DNA of 64,000 bases from Elsinoe ampelina (lineage: Eukaryota), in assembly GCA_010093995.1 (NCBI GenBank), contig ML992503.1, forward strand, positions 735,234-799,233, in the 5' to 3' direction. The notes below the pieces were generated by a model that did not search any database, was not told where the DNA came from, and saw only the letters and a list, made by a program, of their open reading frames with translations. Position numbers and translations under genes: made by a program. Of this stretch, positions 1 through 11,089 are shown in pieces. Position 1 is the first letter of the stretch, and each line of letters begins with the position of its first letter.

Positions 1-1
1 A

Positions 2-718
2 GCACCGATAGTAGTCACAACGACAACTCAGCAGCCGATCGCGGTCCCTACAACCACAGTGGCGCCCGCTTTGATCCCTACTACAACAGTCGCTCCAGTT
101 GTGGTACCTACAACTACACAAGCGCCGATTGTGGTCACTACCACGACGGTAGCACCAATTGTGGTCCCTACGACGACAGTGGCGCCGATTTTGATCTCAA
201 CGACGACGACAGCAGCAGTTGTGATTCCTACTACGACAGCGGCACCTGCAGTCGTCCCTACGACGACAGTGGCTCCAATTCAAGTACCTACAACGACTGT
301 GGCTCCGGTCGTAGTACCTGTAACTACGCAGGCGCCAGCCGCGGTCACAACTACGACAGTAGCGCCAATAATAGCCCCAACGACGACTACAGTGGCACCA
401 GTCGTGGTTCATACAACGACTGCTGCCCCGATTGTACTACCCACGACGACAGTAGCACCAATCGTAGCCCCAACCACCACCACAGCACCAATTGTAATCC
501 CTACCACGACAGCAGCCCCAGCGGTGGTACCAACAACAACCGCAGCACCCATAGTGGTGGCCCCCACCACGACCGCGGCACCTGTAGTCGTGGCACCGAC
601 GACAACAGCTGCCCCAGTGGTCGTCGCTCCACGGACAACGACTACGACAATCACGCCGACAACGGCGGCAGCAGGCGGTCTTCTGGGTGGCAATGTGCTG
701 CCCGGTGTCCTTCGCTAA
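2..718 (+). CDS. 3' part of a Thr/Pro/Val/Ala-rich tandem-repeat (mucin-like, probably cell-surface or secreted) protein; 5' end lies outside the window
   Basis: Frame is open from position 2 to TAA 716-718; about 20 copies of a ~10-aa unit (PTTTVAPIVV) with synonymous variation between copies. Confidence 0.75.
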   Translation, partial: APIVVTTTTQQPIAVPTTTVAPALIPTTTVAPVVVPTTTQAPIVVTTTTVAPIVVPTTTVAPILISTTTTAAVVIPTTTAAPAVVPTTTVAPIQVPTTTVAPVVVPVTTQAPAAVTTTTVAPIIAPTTTTVAPVVVHTTTAAPIVLPTTTVAPIVAPTTTTAPIVIPTTTAAPAVVPTTTAAPIVVAPTTTAAPVVVAPTTTAAPVVVAPRTTTTTITPTTAAAGGLLGGNVLPGVLR

Positions 719-1892
719 GCCTTTTGGAAAAGGAGACACTTATTTCCTCTTGCTTCTACTATTCTCATTGATACCCGGACATTTCCTTGATATATGTTGT
801 AGTAGTGTCACGGACACGGTACGCCCTTGGACGGGGTGATTTCTCATATAGTCTCACGTCTGACAATGTGATTTTTATACTGAAGTCCTTCTCTCGTCCA
901 TCAGATCAATGGTGACCTTGACGTATCTTACAGGGCTATATAGTCCTTAGCGCTTGTCAGATGTTATACAGGTCGATAGCTTTCTACAAAGCGATTAACA
1001 GGGTCAAGTTGGTTCCCGTGTCTACAGCGGTATAGTATTTGCCACGCCATCCATCGTTGACCTCACCACTCGCCTTTCCGAGTAAGCTTATCCGCGTCAT
1101 ATGATATACTGGCGATACACATCATCCTCTCCAAACGACTCATCGTCCCACCTCTTCTCGAGACTGCATCATTCCGCCTCCAGGTCCTTGCCATCTACGA
1201 AGCGAAATCACGCACTCAAGAACCTGATGAAACAGGCCCCTTGGCACTTCTGGTCAATCAGTTCGTCGACGTGGACAAGCGGAGCTGCCCAAGAAATACT
1301 AATCCTCCCCCTTGAATGAAGAACTGCATGTGCAGCTTATGGAAGGAGTCGGAAGCTGGTTAGGCGGAGCCCAGCGCATCTCCAGCAAGATCTGGCGCGA
1401 CGTGCAGTGTGTGATAGACGCCTGGCAGGGGTGTGTGGTATACTTTGGTTGCGAAGTATACCCCTTGGGCGACACGCTCGCGTCTACCGTGGTATGCGAT
1501 GTGTTCTTGATGTGTGGACCTTGGCGGGTCGATCACGTGCAGTGGTTATCAGATGCCTGTTGTTGTAGAGACGAATGCGCTGAGGTGGTCTGCAGACCTG
1601 AATGACTGTGTCTTGCCGCGTCTGGGGGAGATGTGTGGATGCTCATGGGCAAGTCGGGTGGAACGGTAGGTTCATCCGTCCTGATTGGGAGGTGTTGTCT
1701 GTGGGGTATCCGATTGGAATGATTGTGCCGGATTAGCGGTATTCGCTCGACATCCCATGAGAATTTGCCATCCTCAATTGCGAACTGATCAATTGGATGC
1801 CGCTTCAAGCATCTCGAAAAGGTGTCATCCTCGGTCCAGTAACGTACTGTTGCGCCGCTTGATCACAGCCCCATGATCCCTTCATCCGCAGC

Positions 1893-2765
1893 TCAAGCTC
1901 CCAGACTCTTCTCCCCAGCATGTCTCTGCTTCAACATCTTCTCCGTCCGCATGAACTCCCTGATCCCCACCGGGATACCACCAAAAAGATCATCCTCACC
2001 ACTGTTCAACGTCCAATTCGTCTCACTTCCCCCTCCATCATCGTCCATACTAACAGCCACATGCGTCGGCACCTTCCCAATTCCCGTACTCAATCCCTCA
2101 CCCATGATCTCCTCTCGCCCCTCTTCCCGCTTCCCTGCCCCTCTCACTTCTCCACCCTCCTGCTTCTCCGCCTTCATAGCAGCCAACTTCGCCTTGGCTT
2201 CTGCATTCGCAGCCGCCCACTCTTCGAGCTCGTCTCGGTATAGATCCCATACGCAGTTCACGCAGCCGCTCATGCAGCAGTTGTCCGGCTCTTCGGGTCG
2301 CGCGGGGATCTTCACCCCGGCGATGTATGTGGCGCCTTTGTCGAGTTCGCGCTTACGTTCGGGGCCGGCGAGGCGAGAGCCGAAGACGACGCGGGCGCGG
2401 GCTTCGACTGTCTCTCTTTCTGACACAGGCGCGGGCTGGGCAGGAGAAGGTGTGCCATGGGTCGGAGGAGTGGGCGATGCGGACTGGGGCGTGGGCTGGG
2501 CAGGTGTCGTGTTGGCGGGGACTGGTGTGGAAGGCTTCGAGTCGGAAGTCGATCGCGAAGGTCTTGAGAGGATGTCCGCGTAGTAACCTTCCAACGGGAT
2601 CTTCTGGGTGGGATCTGCTTTGGTGTTGCGGTGACGGCGTTGGAAGCCAGGTCTTATCGTGCGATTGACGAGCACGGAGGGGTTTGGTGATCGTAAAGCA
2701 TTGCCTGTATGCAATTCCAGAAGAGATCCTGCGCGGCCAAGGGACCGCGCTACGATTGTTCGCAT
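1893..2765 (-). CDS. Mitochondrial Oxidoreductase-like domain protein (UPF0651 / yeast YPL107W-like)
   Basis: 290-aa ORF with an Arg-rich presequence-like N-terminus and the family motif PARPEEPDNCCMSGCVNCVWDLY; C-terminal IPVGIREFMRTEK. Confidence 0.85.
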   Translation of the reverse strand: MRTIVARSLGRAGSLLELHTGNALRSPNPSVLVNRTIRPGFQRRHRNTKADPTQKIPLEGYYADILSRPSRSTSDSKPSTPVPANTTPAQPTPQSASPTPPTHGTPSPAQPAPVSERETVEARARVVFGSRLAGPERKRELDKGATYIAGVKIPARPEEPDNCCMSGCVNCVWDLYRDELEEWAAANAEAKAKLAAMKAEKQEGGEVRGAGKREEGREEIMGEGLSTGIGKVPTHVAVSMDDDGGGSETNWTLNSGEDDLFGGIPVGIREFMRTEKMLKQRHAGEKSLGA

Positions 2766-2927
2766 CTTTGCCGTTTTGTTGAAGGAGAAGTGAAAGTTGT
2801 TTGTTGCAGGTCAAAATTTACCACTGCAGCTTGACGTCACAGCATAGATGGCGGCAGCGGGACCAGCTTCACATTGTGGCAACATTCAATGCTAATGGTA
2901 GATAATTCGTACATTTGTCATTATATC

Positions 2928-4112
2928 TCAGGTATCTCTGAACATAAATACACCCTTGCCGGCTCTGAAGCCGCCGAGTGTACCTTCTACAGCTCCAATG
3001 AGAGTCTCTTCTGTCGTGTTTCTCGTCCACTCCACCTCTTGCACAGGAATGTCCTTGAACTTGCCTTCTCTTGTCAGATCTAGTACATGCTCTACTGTCC
3101 GCAGCTTCTCTTCTGGATTCTCCTCACTCCACTTGCTGACCCAAAAGCCGTCAAACGAGATGTTCTTGAAGATGAGCATTGCAGTCGGTAGAGTGACGGG
3201 CTGTTTTGACATGCCACCATACGTGACCATGTGGGCGTATGGGGACAGTACTTTGGCCATGTTGTTGACTAGCTTACCTCCCACACAGTTCAGACCAAGT
3301 CGGACTGGCTCCCGACCTCCGTTAGTCCATTCCTTGACTCTTTGCGGGAAGCCCTTGTCGGCCACTTCTTCATCCGTGACCACGATATCGGCACCGAGGG
3401 CTTTGAGATCGTTCACAAGCTCTTCGTGCCCTTGTTCTCGTTTCCGAACAACGTTGATGCTCTTGTAGCCCCATTCTTTGCCGAGTTGGATGGCAGCCCG
3501 ACCCACACCCGAATTTGCTCCGTTTTGTATGAACCACTCGCCTTCTTTCAGACTCGAAAAGTCTTTTAGCATCCTATACGCAGTACACGGATTGACACTG
3601 ACTGTGCCGGCTTGAAGCGCAGTGATGTTGTCCGTATTACGTATTGGTAGAAATTTGTCTCTTGTCGTTTGTGCATGTGTCCGCCATGTACCAAAACCAG
3701 GTGCCTTCATGACCACCCAATCCCCCTTTTTGAGATCTTTGACGCTTCCGCCTACGCTGATGACTTCTGCAACACCTTCATTGCCAGCCACTGCTATCGG
3801 ATCTGCTGTCGAAAGACTGGTCGTGAAGGTTGGTTTGGTAGGGTAGACTCCTTGTATTTGGTTGATGTCGGCTGGATTGATTGGCGAACACAGGTATCGT
3901 ACTGTCAGAAGATCTCCATGCGCCGGCGAGATCGAGTGCGAGTGAAGCTTGAGCACATCCTGAGGCTCGCCATATTTTGGAAAGGTCAGAGCTTTAGCTT
4001 GCTCGTATCCGTACGCTGAGATACATCGTCGCCATTGTCGAGGGAGATGAGAGATTTGACTCGAGTTCAGCACGCGTACAGCTGGTGTCGATAACGGTTT
4101 TGCGATTGACAT
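2928..4112 (-). CDS. ETR1: Mitochondrial enoyl-[ACP] reductase / trans-2-enoyl-CoA reductase (MDR family)
   Basis: 394 aa; motifs SPINPADINQIQGVYP, GNEGVAEV, VNPCTAYRML, IQNGANSGVG, VTYGGMSKQP, GFWVS. Confidence 0.93.
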   Translation of the reverse strand: MSIAKPLSTPAVRVLNSSQISHLPRQWRRCISAYGYEQAKALTFPKYGEPQDVLKLHSHSISPAHGDLLTVRYLCSPINPADINQIQGVYPTKPTFTTSLSTADPIAVAGNEGVAEVISVGGSVKDLKKGDWVVMKAPGFGTWRTHAQTTRDKFLPIRNTDNITALQAGTVSVNPCTAYRMLKDFSSLKEGEWFIQNGANSGVGRAAIQLGKEWGYKSINVVRKREQGHEELVNDLKALGADIVVTDEEVADKGFPQRVKEWTNGGREPVRLGLNCVGGKLVNNMAKVLSPYAHMVTYGGMSKQPVTLPTAMLIFKNISFDGFWVSKWSEENPEEKLRTVEHVLDLTREGKFKDIPVQEVEWTRNTTEETLIGAVEGTLGGFRAGKGVFMFRDT

Positions 4113-4262
4113 GATCGGGTGATGTCTACCAGTAGGAGAAGCATGTCCATTGATGGTCCGTCGCCCACGTGGGAACTCGGAAAAGTGTCAGGGCTCAGAA
4201 CAAATTCCCGATGACGTCGACGGCGTCGATTTGTTCGACTTCACCTGTCGAGTTTTTAACAA

Positions 4263-5009
4263 TCAGATTATTTCCATTCTCCATAGTTTAATCACACATT
4301 CGAGTTTCTTTCGTCGAAGCCAAATCCGAATCAGCTCTTCTGTTCTGTGAATTCTTCTGAGCGGTCGCAATGCTCCTCTGCTGCGGTCGATCAGTGAAGA
4401 GCACTGCTGAAGAACGTGATCCAACGTACTCGAGCTCACGACACCTGACCGAGTCGCATCCATCTCCATCGGACTGAACTGTGCGATAGAAGCCATGAGG
4501 TGGTCATAATCGACCTTGGCGACGTTCAGGCTCCTCTTGTCGACCATTTCCCATTCCCAGTCAGGACGTCTCTTGAAGTCATCCAGAGTCTCATCCAGCT
4601 TCTCCGGAACGAACAACTCGAGCGTGAAAAGACTCATTCGGGGCAGGGTGTGCGGTTTGTTCATATTCCAGAATTTGACCATCTCCATAGCGTATTCCGG
4701 TCGGTACTCTCCGTCACTTCCTCGAAATTGCTCGACACAACCAAGTCTGCGACGCCACGCTTCAAGAAAGTTCTGCTCGTTCATGTCCATGGTCTCTTCA
4801 TCTTCGATCGTTTCTAACCGTCTTTCCAAGTGGCTCCAGCTTCTATCACGCACAGTCCATAACCCTTTTTGCACTTTGGCGCCATACTCAGCCGCGGTCA
4901 AGTAATAGAATTTGGCCAAACGCTTGGAGCGCTTGGCTACAGCAATATCACGATGCATGCTGGTCTCAAAATTGTCGATCATCCTGATCTTAGGGCTGGG
5001 ACGATACAT
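4263..5009 (-). CDS. Hypothetical protein
   Basis: 248-aa ATG-initiated ORF with ordinary protein composition; no motif recognised. Confidence 0.5.
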   Translation of the reverse strand: MYRPSPKIRMIDNFETSMHRDIAVAKRSKRLAKFYYLTAAEYGAKVQKGLWTVRDRSWSHLERRLETIEDEETMDMNEQNFLEAWRRRLGCVEQFRGSDGEYRPEYAMEMVKFWNMNKPHTLPRMSLFTLELFVPEKLDETLDDFKRRPDWEWEMVDKRSLNVAKVDYDHLMASIAQFSPMEMDATRSGVVSSSTLDHVLQQCSSLIDRSRGALRPLRRIHRTEELIRIWLRRKKLECVIKLWRMEII

Positions 5010-5403
5010 GTTGGCTGGTTTGTGGCGTCGTGGTTTTGCTCTGTCCGAAAGGTAGGGGTTGTGGAGCTCTTGGTGGAAATGCGTATAGGATCACAACGCA
5101 CAGTATTGACATTATCTATTCGAGCTTCACTTCTTTTTTCAGATCACTCTTCGCGAGATCACCCTTCTGACGAATCTGGATGGCAAAAAGCAGGATCACG
5201 AACTTTAACGACGTGTGGCAGGATGGGATTCATTGCGAGTTGTGCTTTTCCCGCGAATAAGTAAAGGGAGATTGATCTAGGCCCGCGACCTTTCAATCAT
5301 ATACCACGCATTCCCCGTCCATCATCGTCCCTCTCTCACACACTTCTACACAAACTACCACAAATTCTTACAATTTTATCAACCACTCCGACACACACCA
5401 GAA

Positions 5404-5640
5404 CTCTGATAGTACCAACACACTACCTCCTACCACAAACCTCGCCAGATCGTCAACTGTGTCTCTTCCACCTACCTTCTGGTAGTATCAACACACCACG
5501 TCCTACCACAAACCTCGACAGATCGTCGCCCTCTATTCCTCCTACAACGCTTTCTGGTAGTACCGACACACCAGATCCTACCACAAATCCCTCTCCGCCT
5601 CCACCACCTCTACCCCTCGACCTAAAACCTGGTAGTACCA
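5404..5640 (+). repeat. Degenerate minisatellite, ~75-bp period (3 copies plus a partial)
   Basis: Core CTGRTAGTAYCRACACAC..TCCTACCACAAA recurs at 5406, 5479 and 5554, with a partial copy at 5629. Confidence 0.75.
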
Positions 5641-6296
5641 TGCCTCACCAAACTACCATCAAAATGGGCCGCTTCACCCGCTCCGTCTCCCCCTCCCCCT
5701 CCGCCGGCCCCGCCTTTCCCCCCTTCATCCCCCGCAGCCGCCCCCACCAAGCCGACGCCACGGGCCTCTACCCCCTCCAGCGCGTCCACGCCCGCAACGA
5801 CAGCGGATACAACTCCACCAAGGAGCCCAGCACTTCCCTCCCCACCCCCTCCGCCACCTCGGACACCACGTCCTCCCCCTCCAACCCCCCCACCCCCTCC
5901 CCGCCACCCGCCTCCCTCCGCCCCTCCACCCCCTCCGACAACGACGAGGACATCCCCGCCCTCTCCCTCGGACCGAGCCTCCTCCCTCTCTCGCCCCCCG
6001 CAGTGGCGTCCATCAAGATCGGAGACAAGCGCCACTTCACGGTCGTGGTGCATCCCAAGCCCAAGGTCAAAGTCGCCTTCTCCCTCGAGGCCGTCGTGAT
6101 CGGGACGTCTGCTGGCCCTGCCCCACTTCGGGAGGGAGTCAAGGGGTTTGTGCGCAGGCAGATGGGGAGGTGCAAGGTGGTTGCTGCCAAGGTCATGATG
6201 GCTGGAAAAGGGGAGAGTGATGAGGAGGTGGAGATGAGTGTGCTTAGTAAGGGGCAGAGGAGTTTGGGGACTAGGGTTCTGATGCAGAGCGAGTAG
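5640..6296 (+). CDS. Hypothetical Pro/Ser-rich protein
   Basis: 218-aa ORF, low complexity, with the C-rich 5' / G-rich 3' skew seen in other genes of this window. Confidence 0.45.
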   Translation: MPHQTTIKMGRFTRSVSPSPSAGPAFPPFIPRSRPHQADATGLYPLQRVHARNDSGYNSTKEPSTSLPTPSATSDTTSSPSNPPTPSPPPASLRPSTPSDNDEDIPALSLGPSLLPLSPPAVASIKIGDKRHFTVVVHPKPKVKVAFSLEAVVIGTSAGPAPLREGVKGFVRRQMGRCKVVAAKVMMAGKGESDEEVEMSVLSKGQRSLGTRVLMQSE

Positions 6297-6742
6297 GGAT
6301 GGATTTGTGTGACTTGGAGTTTGGAGTGTATAGATTGGGATACCCTTGCAGATCGGATACAAGCTGTGGCGTTTGGGTCGTTGGATTAGTGTTCACAGAT
6401 TGTTCAAATAATGCATGTCTTTCACCGTCTCCTTGGGTCTTCTTCCACTTTGCTTGACTTGTCTGAATGATTGAGATTTGCTCGCTGCTGCTTTAGGTAT
6501 ATCATACACTTTTGCTCCCTTCTTCTGGCCGTTCAAAGAAAAGAGCCCTGCTCTGTGGTTGCGCCGGACGCTTGCTAAAAAGGAAACCGAAAGCTATGGT
6601 GTTTGTGCAGTATCATACACGGATGTGAATTTTTTGACGTTGGGTATGCTCCTGCTCTTCTGGCGTCGCTCATGGACACTGCTCGACTTCATCGACTTGC
6701 GACCGTGGGCTAGCCATTGCAACCTTCAAGTGGTCGTAAAGC

Positions 6743-7738
6743 TCATCGCCCAATCCCGGCGAACATGCCGTCTCCCCATGTCTGACCTTCTCTCGGACTG
6801 TCGAAGGCTTTGATCTCTGGCAGCACGGGTACACCAGGACTCCTCGGGTCCCTATCCTTGCCCTGGCTGCCTGCACTACCGCTCTTGGTTGTGTAGTTCT
6901 CCTTGCCTTCGGGTACGTTCTCCAACTCTTCGTTGCCCCACATGACGCTTGCTCTTCTGAACCAATTCCCGCTCTTGCGCTTCCTAAGTCGAGGCGAGCT
7001 ATTCTCATTCCCGGGCGAGGGGGCTGGTGTGTTGCCGCCCGACACAGAAGCGGTGTACGTCTGCCATGTCCCTGTCGATGGGGTCGGCGATAGGGTGGAC
7101 GAGACGCTTGGCGAGGATGGGCGTTTGAGGCCGGGCGATGGGCGAGAGATTCCCGAGGAAGGATGACTGATGATAGGCTTTGGCTCTGGACTTGCCTGAT
7201 TGAGAGAGGTGCGAGAAGAGCTGAATGAGGAGCGAAGCGATGTCAGCGACAAGAGCTTGCGAACACCGGTGCTATTGCGGCGCTGTGGCTTCGTCGACGC
7301 GTTAGCCGACGCGGGTGTCAGTGGTTTGCGAGGAATAGAAGACTTGATCGGCGTAGTGGTCGTCGAGGATGTCTTGAGGTGTGACGAGGAAGGACGAGAA
7401 GTAGCTGCAGAGGCAATGGCTGCTGCTTCGGTGACGGGGATTGACTTTGGCGTCTTGGTCGGGGTGGTGTTCTCGAGCGGTGTCGTGGCCGTGACGCTAT
7501 CGGCCTTGACTGGCTCACTCACAGGCTCGTCACTCCCTGGTGGTGGAGGCGGTTGGAAACGGTCGTTCGTCGGGACCGGTGTAGCGGGATGGGACGACAG
7601 CGGACCACCGCCAGGCGTTGGAGGACGCGCCATGGGAGAAGGTGTAGAAGGAGTGTCGTCCCTGCTGGTAGTAAAAGAAGTCGTATCTATGGATAAGGGA
7701 GCCTTGTCATTTGACGTGGCAGGTTGAGGTTCCGCCAT
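6743..7738 (-). CDS. Hypothetical Ser/Thr/Pro-rich disordered protein
   Basis: 331-aa ORF; conserved-looking C-terminal LRKRKSGNWFRRAS...GDGMFAGIGR. Confidence 0.7.
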   Translation of the reverse strand: MAEPQPATSNDKAPLSIDTTSFTTSRDDTPSTPSPMARPPTPGGGPLSSHPATPVPTNDRFQPPPPPGSDEPVSEPVKADSVTATTPLENTTPTKTPKSIPVTEAAAIASAATSRPSSSHLKTSSTTTTPIKSSIPRKPLTPASANASTKPQRRNSTGVRKLLSLTSLRSSFSSSRTSLNQASPEPKPIISHPSSGISRPSPGLKRPSSPSVSSTLSPTPSTGTWQTYTASVSGGNTPAPSPGNENSSPRLRKRKSGNWFRRASVMWGNEELENVPEGKENYTTKSGSAGSQGKDRDPRSPGVPVLPEIKAFDSPREGQTWGDGMFAGIGR

Positions 7739-8940
7739 TGTGGGCCGACACGGAAGAATATCGCAGTGACAAGGCTACTTCTTGTGTTGGTGAGATCGGA
7801 AAAAAGACGACGAGACGAGGCAGCTGGTAGGACCTGAAGGGGCCCGTGTCAGGATGTCGCGCGCGGCACGGTGCCCTGAGTGGTCAGCAAATTAAGCTTA
7901 TCTTTCCGTCGCGTGGAAAAGAGCTTCTGTTCGGAAAGAGAAGAATATGTGCTCAGACTGTTGGCAAGGACATGTCTCCGTCCATGTGACAGTGTGCGAT
8001 TCATTCATTCATTCAGGGGGAACTACCAGTCCCACGGCTGAGAGGAATTGGTGTGATGCCCAAGAAATCACGACTCTTCTTTCCGTCCAACAGAATCGTG
8101 GAGATCGTCCCTTGATGCAGGAACCACTCGGGAACTATTTGCAGATCCCCCACAGTGCTTGCTGTTTCGGGGTGTGAACAATCTGCGGCTCCAAAAAGGT
8201 CCCATTGGCCTGAAATCACCATGACAGATAGTTCTGGTAGTTATTAGCTCTGTCTCTAACTACCAGATATCCAAGTCATCTGCTCGTGTTGTGATAGCTG
8301 TTACAACTAACCACACATTTCAGATTGCGGAAAAAGGACGCAAACTTTTGCGAGTGGAGAGGTGGGCTTTTGTTCAGGCCATTCTGCTCGTTTCGCATCA
8401 TTCTGACACTGTCGTTCATCCATATCAGATCTTTACTACCAGTCATTCTCGAGATCCCATCAGTCGTCATCATGATAAAGCACCTCTCTATCCTTCACTG
8501 ACTCACTGTGTCACTTGCGGACATTTTTCAATCCCACACATTCGGTAGGCAGGATCGATTTGCTTGCGGGGCTGTTTCACAATTTGGAAAAATCCAGTAC
8601 CAAACATCAACATATACTTCGTCGTGGGAGGTTGACGGGTCCCAACAAGTTAACAAGCTTTCTATCCCCTCGCAGGATACTTCCGTGTGCCCGGTTCTGA
8701 ACTGCAGAGTCATGTTCTCATTCGTCATTCAGCTATGCTACCGTTTACCATCAGCGGTCTAGCAGTACTCACCTGGTTTCTCGAAGGCCGACTTGTCGGC
8801 GAAAAGGGCCGAAACCACCTCCAGGCGTAGCACGGCTCATCTTTCCGTTGCTCTGTTGCTTTGCCACTCTGCTGGTGGGCAAACACTTGCATGAGGGAGT
8901 GATGCATACCATCTGTTAGGTTTCCATTGGTTGGCGGAGC

Positions 8941-10005
8941 TCAAGGTCCTTGGAGACGGGCTAGCTCTTCCTTTGTGATGGGTAGTACGGTTCCATGGCG
9001 AGGCGACCTAGGCAAATTGTACGATGAGGCGAGCTTCCACTCCGGGTTGTTGATGTCGGTCGTCTCCAAGGGCAAGTAACCTCGACCACCGAATTCGTCG
9101 ACAAACAGGTACCACTTATCCCCATTGACATCCCCTGAATTGGTATGAAATGCGTCAGGACCTTCGATATCCGCGAACCCATTACTCCTGCCGATACAGG
9201 TAGCAACCACTTCCCAGTCTTGCAGAGTGGCCCTAAGGTTTGGGCTCTTCTCATGGACAATGTCGACGCAGCCCCCTGGACCGGCACCGCCGATGGACTT
9301 GGTGAAACGGTGATAGGTACCAGTCTCATCTCTCACGACAGTCGAATCGATACGCTCCCTGGTTGGACCGCCCTCATCCTGCCAGAGTCGCGGCTCACTG
9401 AATGTCGCAAAATCGGCAGTGGTAGCGTACCAGATCCGAGAATATGCAGGACCAGTGCGATTCGTGTCCGACTCGGGATATGTCCTGGACGACCAGTGCA
9501 CGACGTACTCACCAATTGTGTCGTCAAAGTACGCTTCTGGCGCCCAAGTCATGCCTGCAGAGGGAGGGGACACAAGCACATGTCGTTGCTCGCCCCAATT
9601 GACGAGATCTGTCGACTCCCAGATCTCCAGATACCTGCTACCGAAGGTGTAAGACTCGGGCCAGGTCGTGCCAGATCCGATCGACAAATCAGTGGCTACG
9701 AGCCATGCTTTGGACCCGTCTTGTGAACGAATCATGAAAGGATCCCGTAGACCAAGGGTGCCTTGCGTGGAGGCAATCGAAGGTTCGCCATTGTTCAGCT
9801 CAGTCCAATCCAATGCATTATTGCCGTTGCTGACTGCAAAGTAGATCTTTTCTCCCTCGATAGTATCACCGGTGAAGTAGGCAAACAGGTACGCCTCGTA
9901 TTGTGTTGTATTCGAGACAGTGGCAGTAAGTTGCGAGTATGGTCTACCAGAGGCTATGCCGCCTAGTAAGGAGAGCGTGAGAAACGAGGGCCAGGAGAAT
10001 CGCAT
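8941..10005 (-). CDS. Secreted glycoside hydrolase family 43 (arabinofuranosidase/arabinanase-like five-bladed beta-propeller)
   Basis: Signal peptide; YLFAYFTG, GLRDPF (base), WAPEA, IDSTV, IEGP (acid), PRHGTV motifs. Confidence 0.9.
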   Translation of the reverse strand: MRFSWPSFLTLSLLGGIASGRPYSQLTATVSNTTQYEAYLFAYFTGDTIEGEKIYFAVSNGNNALDWTELNNGEPSIASTQGTLGLRDPFMIRSQDGSKAWLVATDLSIGSGTTWPESYTFGSRYLEIWESTDLVNWGEQRHVLVSPPSAGMTWAPEAYFDDTIGEYVVHWSSRTYPESDTNRTGPAYSRIWYATTADFATFSEPRLWQDEGGPTRERIDSTVVRDETGTYHRFTKSIGGAGPGGCVDIVHEKSPNLRATLQDWEVVATCIGRSNGFADIEGPDAFHTNSGDVNGDKWYLFVDEFGGRGYLPLETTDINNPEWKLASSYNLPRSPRHGTVLPITKEELARLQGP

Positions 10006-11089
10006 GGCGACGAATCGCTTTGAGGGCAGGATAAAAATGAGCCGCCGCCATGTCCGCCGACCTTCATCTTCTTATACCATCTTCTCATTCTGAACACCGC
10101 CACTGCCCTTGGTTGACATGACTTGGCCCGCCGGCGGGGGTGAAGGCTTGTGGAGATTGCCAAGTCGCGAGATCTGCGGATCCCCGCCTGCAAAAAAGTG
10201 CTCGACGATGAGCCGGACCACGTCATAGTATGTTGTATTCTCATCTCCGGTGGAAATGGTACGACAGGTGTGGTAGTGTTGTGTAAATGTGTAGCTCTTC
10301 TTGGGTATGCATGGCACGACGAGCGTAAGTGGCGCTGTCAGTCACGTGATCATTTGCAGATAGCCGAGGTAAAGTAAATCGCTTTCTTGTGAAGGTGTAC
10401 GGACGTCCCTGGAAATTAGACTTGTAGTACTACCTTGCTAGTAGTATTAAAGCTATAGCATAGCACTTGCCTATTAGCTCGATAGAAGCTAATTTAAGTC
10501 ATTAAATAGCGAATTATATATAGGGCTTTTTAGTTTAAACGAGCTACTCTAGAGCTTAGCGTAATTGTTTTAGATGTTACATTACTAAATTTGGCTAGCT
10601 AGATGTCTAGATAGATTATAGTTATAATTGTTATTAAAATTGCTTAATTTTTAAAGCTAAAAAAAGATATAATAGTATAGTAAACTATTAACGTTACGAA
10701 ATCCCTAACGCTAGAGAGCTACGTTAAACTACTTCTAAGTAACTAACTTAGTTTAACTTAGTTCAATATAATTCCCTAGTTACCTCTAGGTCCTACTTAG
10801 AAGTAATATAGTTTTTCCCCGTAGAAATCTAAAAACCCCTAATACGTAGTAAATAGAGATAGTCTAATAGTAGATAGCGCACTACGTGTATCTCTTATCT
10901 TAGTTTAAGCGTTTCTTAGTTCGCGAAGTAATTAGTTCGTGTCTACTCTATAAGCTTAATAATATCGATTATAGAAATATTCTATTATGTAGCTTATCTT
11001 GTAGTATATATTATATATATCTATATATTATATAGACCTTGTAATTCGTCTACTACGTCTAGAAAATTATATAAGGTTGCTAGAATATA

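Noticed and set aside
1100..1810. Possible decayed gene on the minus strand
   Set aside because: Only short fragments with stops and no recognisable family.
1873..3846. Long antisense ORFs over real genes (also 45819-46640, 7200-7727, 9145-9726)
   Set aside because: Shadow frames caused by codon bias in GC-rich coding sequence; no independent motifs.
5404..5640. CRISPR-like repeat/spacer periodicity (~35-bp core, ~40-bp spacers)
   Set aside because: Fungal context, no cas genes, degenerate repeats, and the spacers resemble one another; it is a minisatellite.
7900..8900. Cluster of short ORFs between genes
   Set aside because: No coherent frame, splice pattern or motif.
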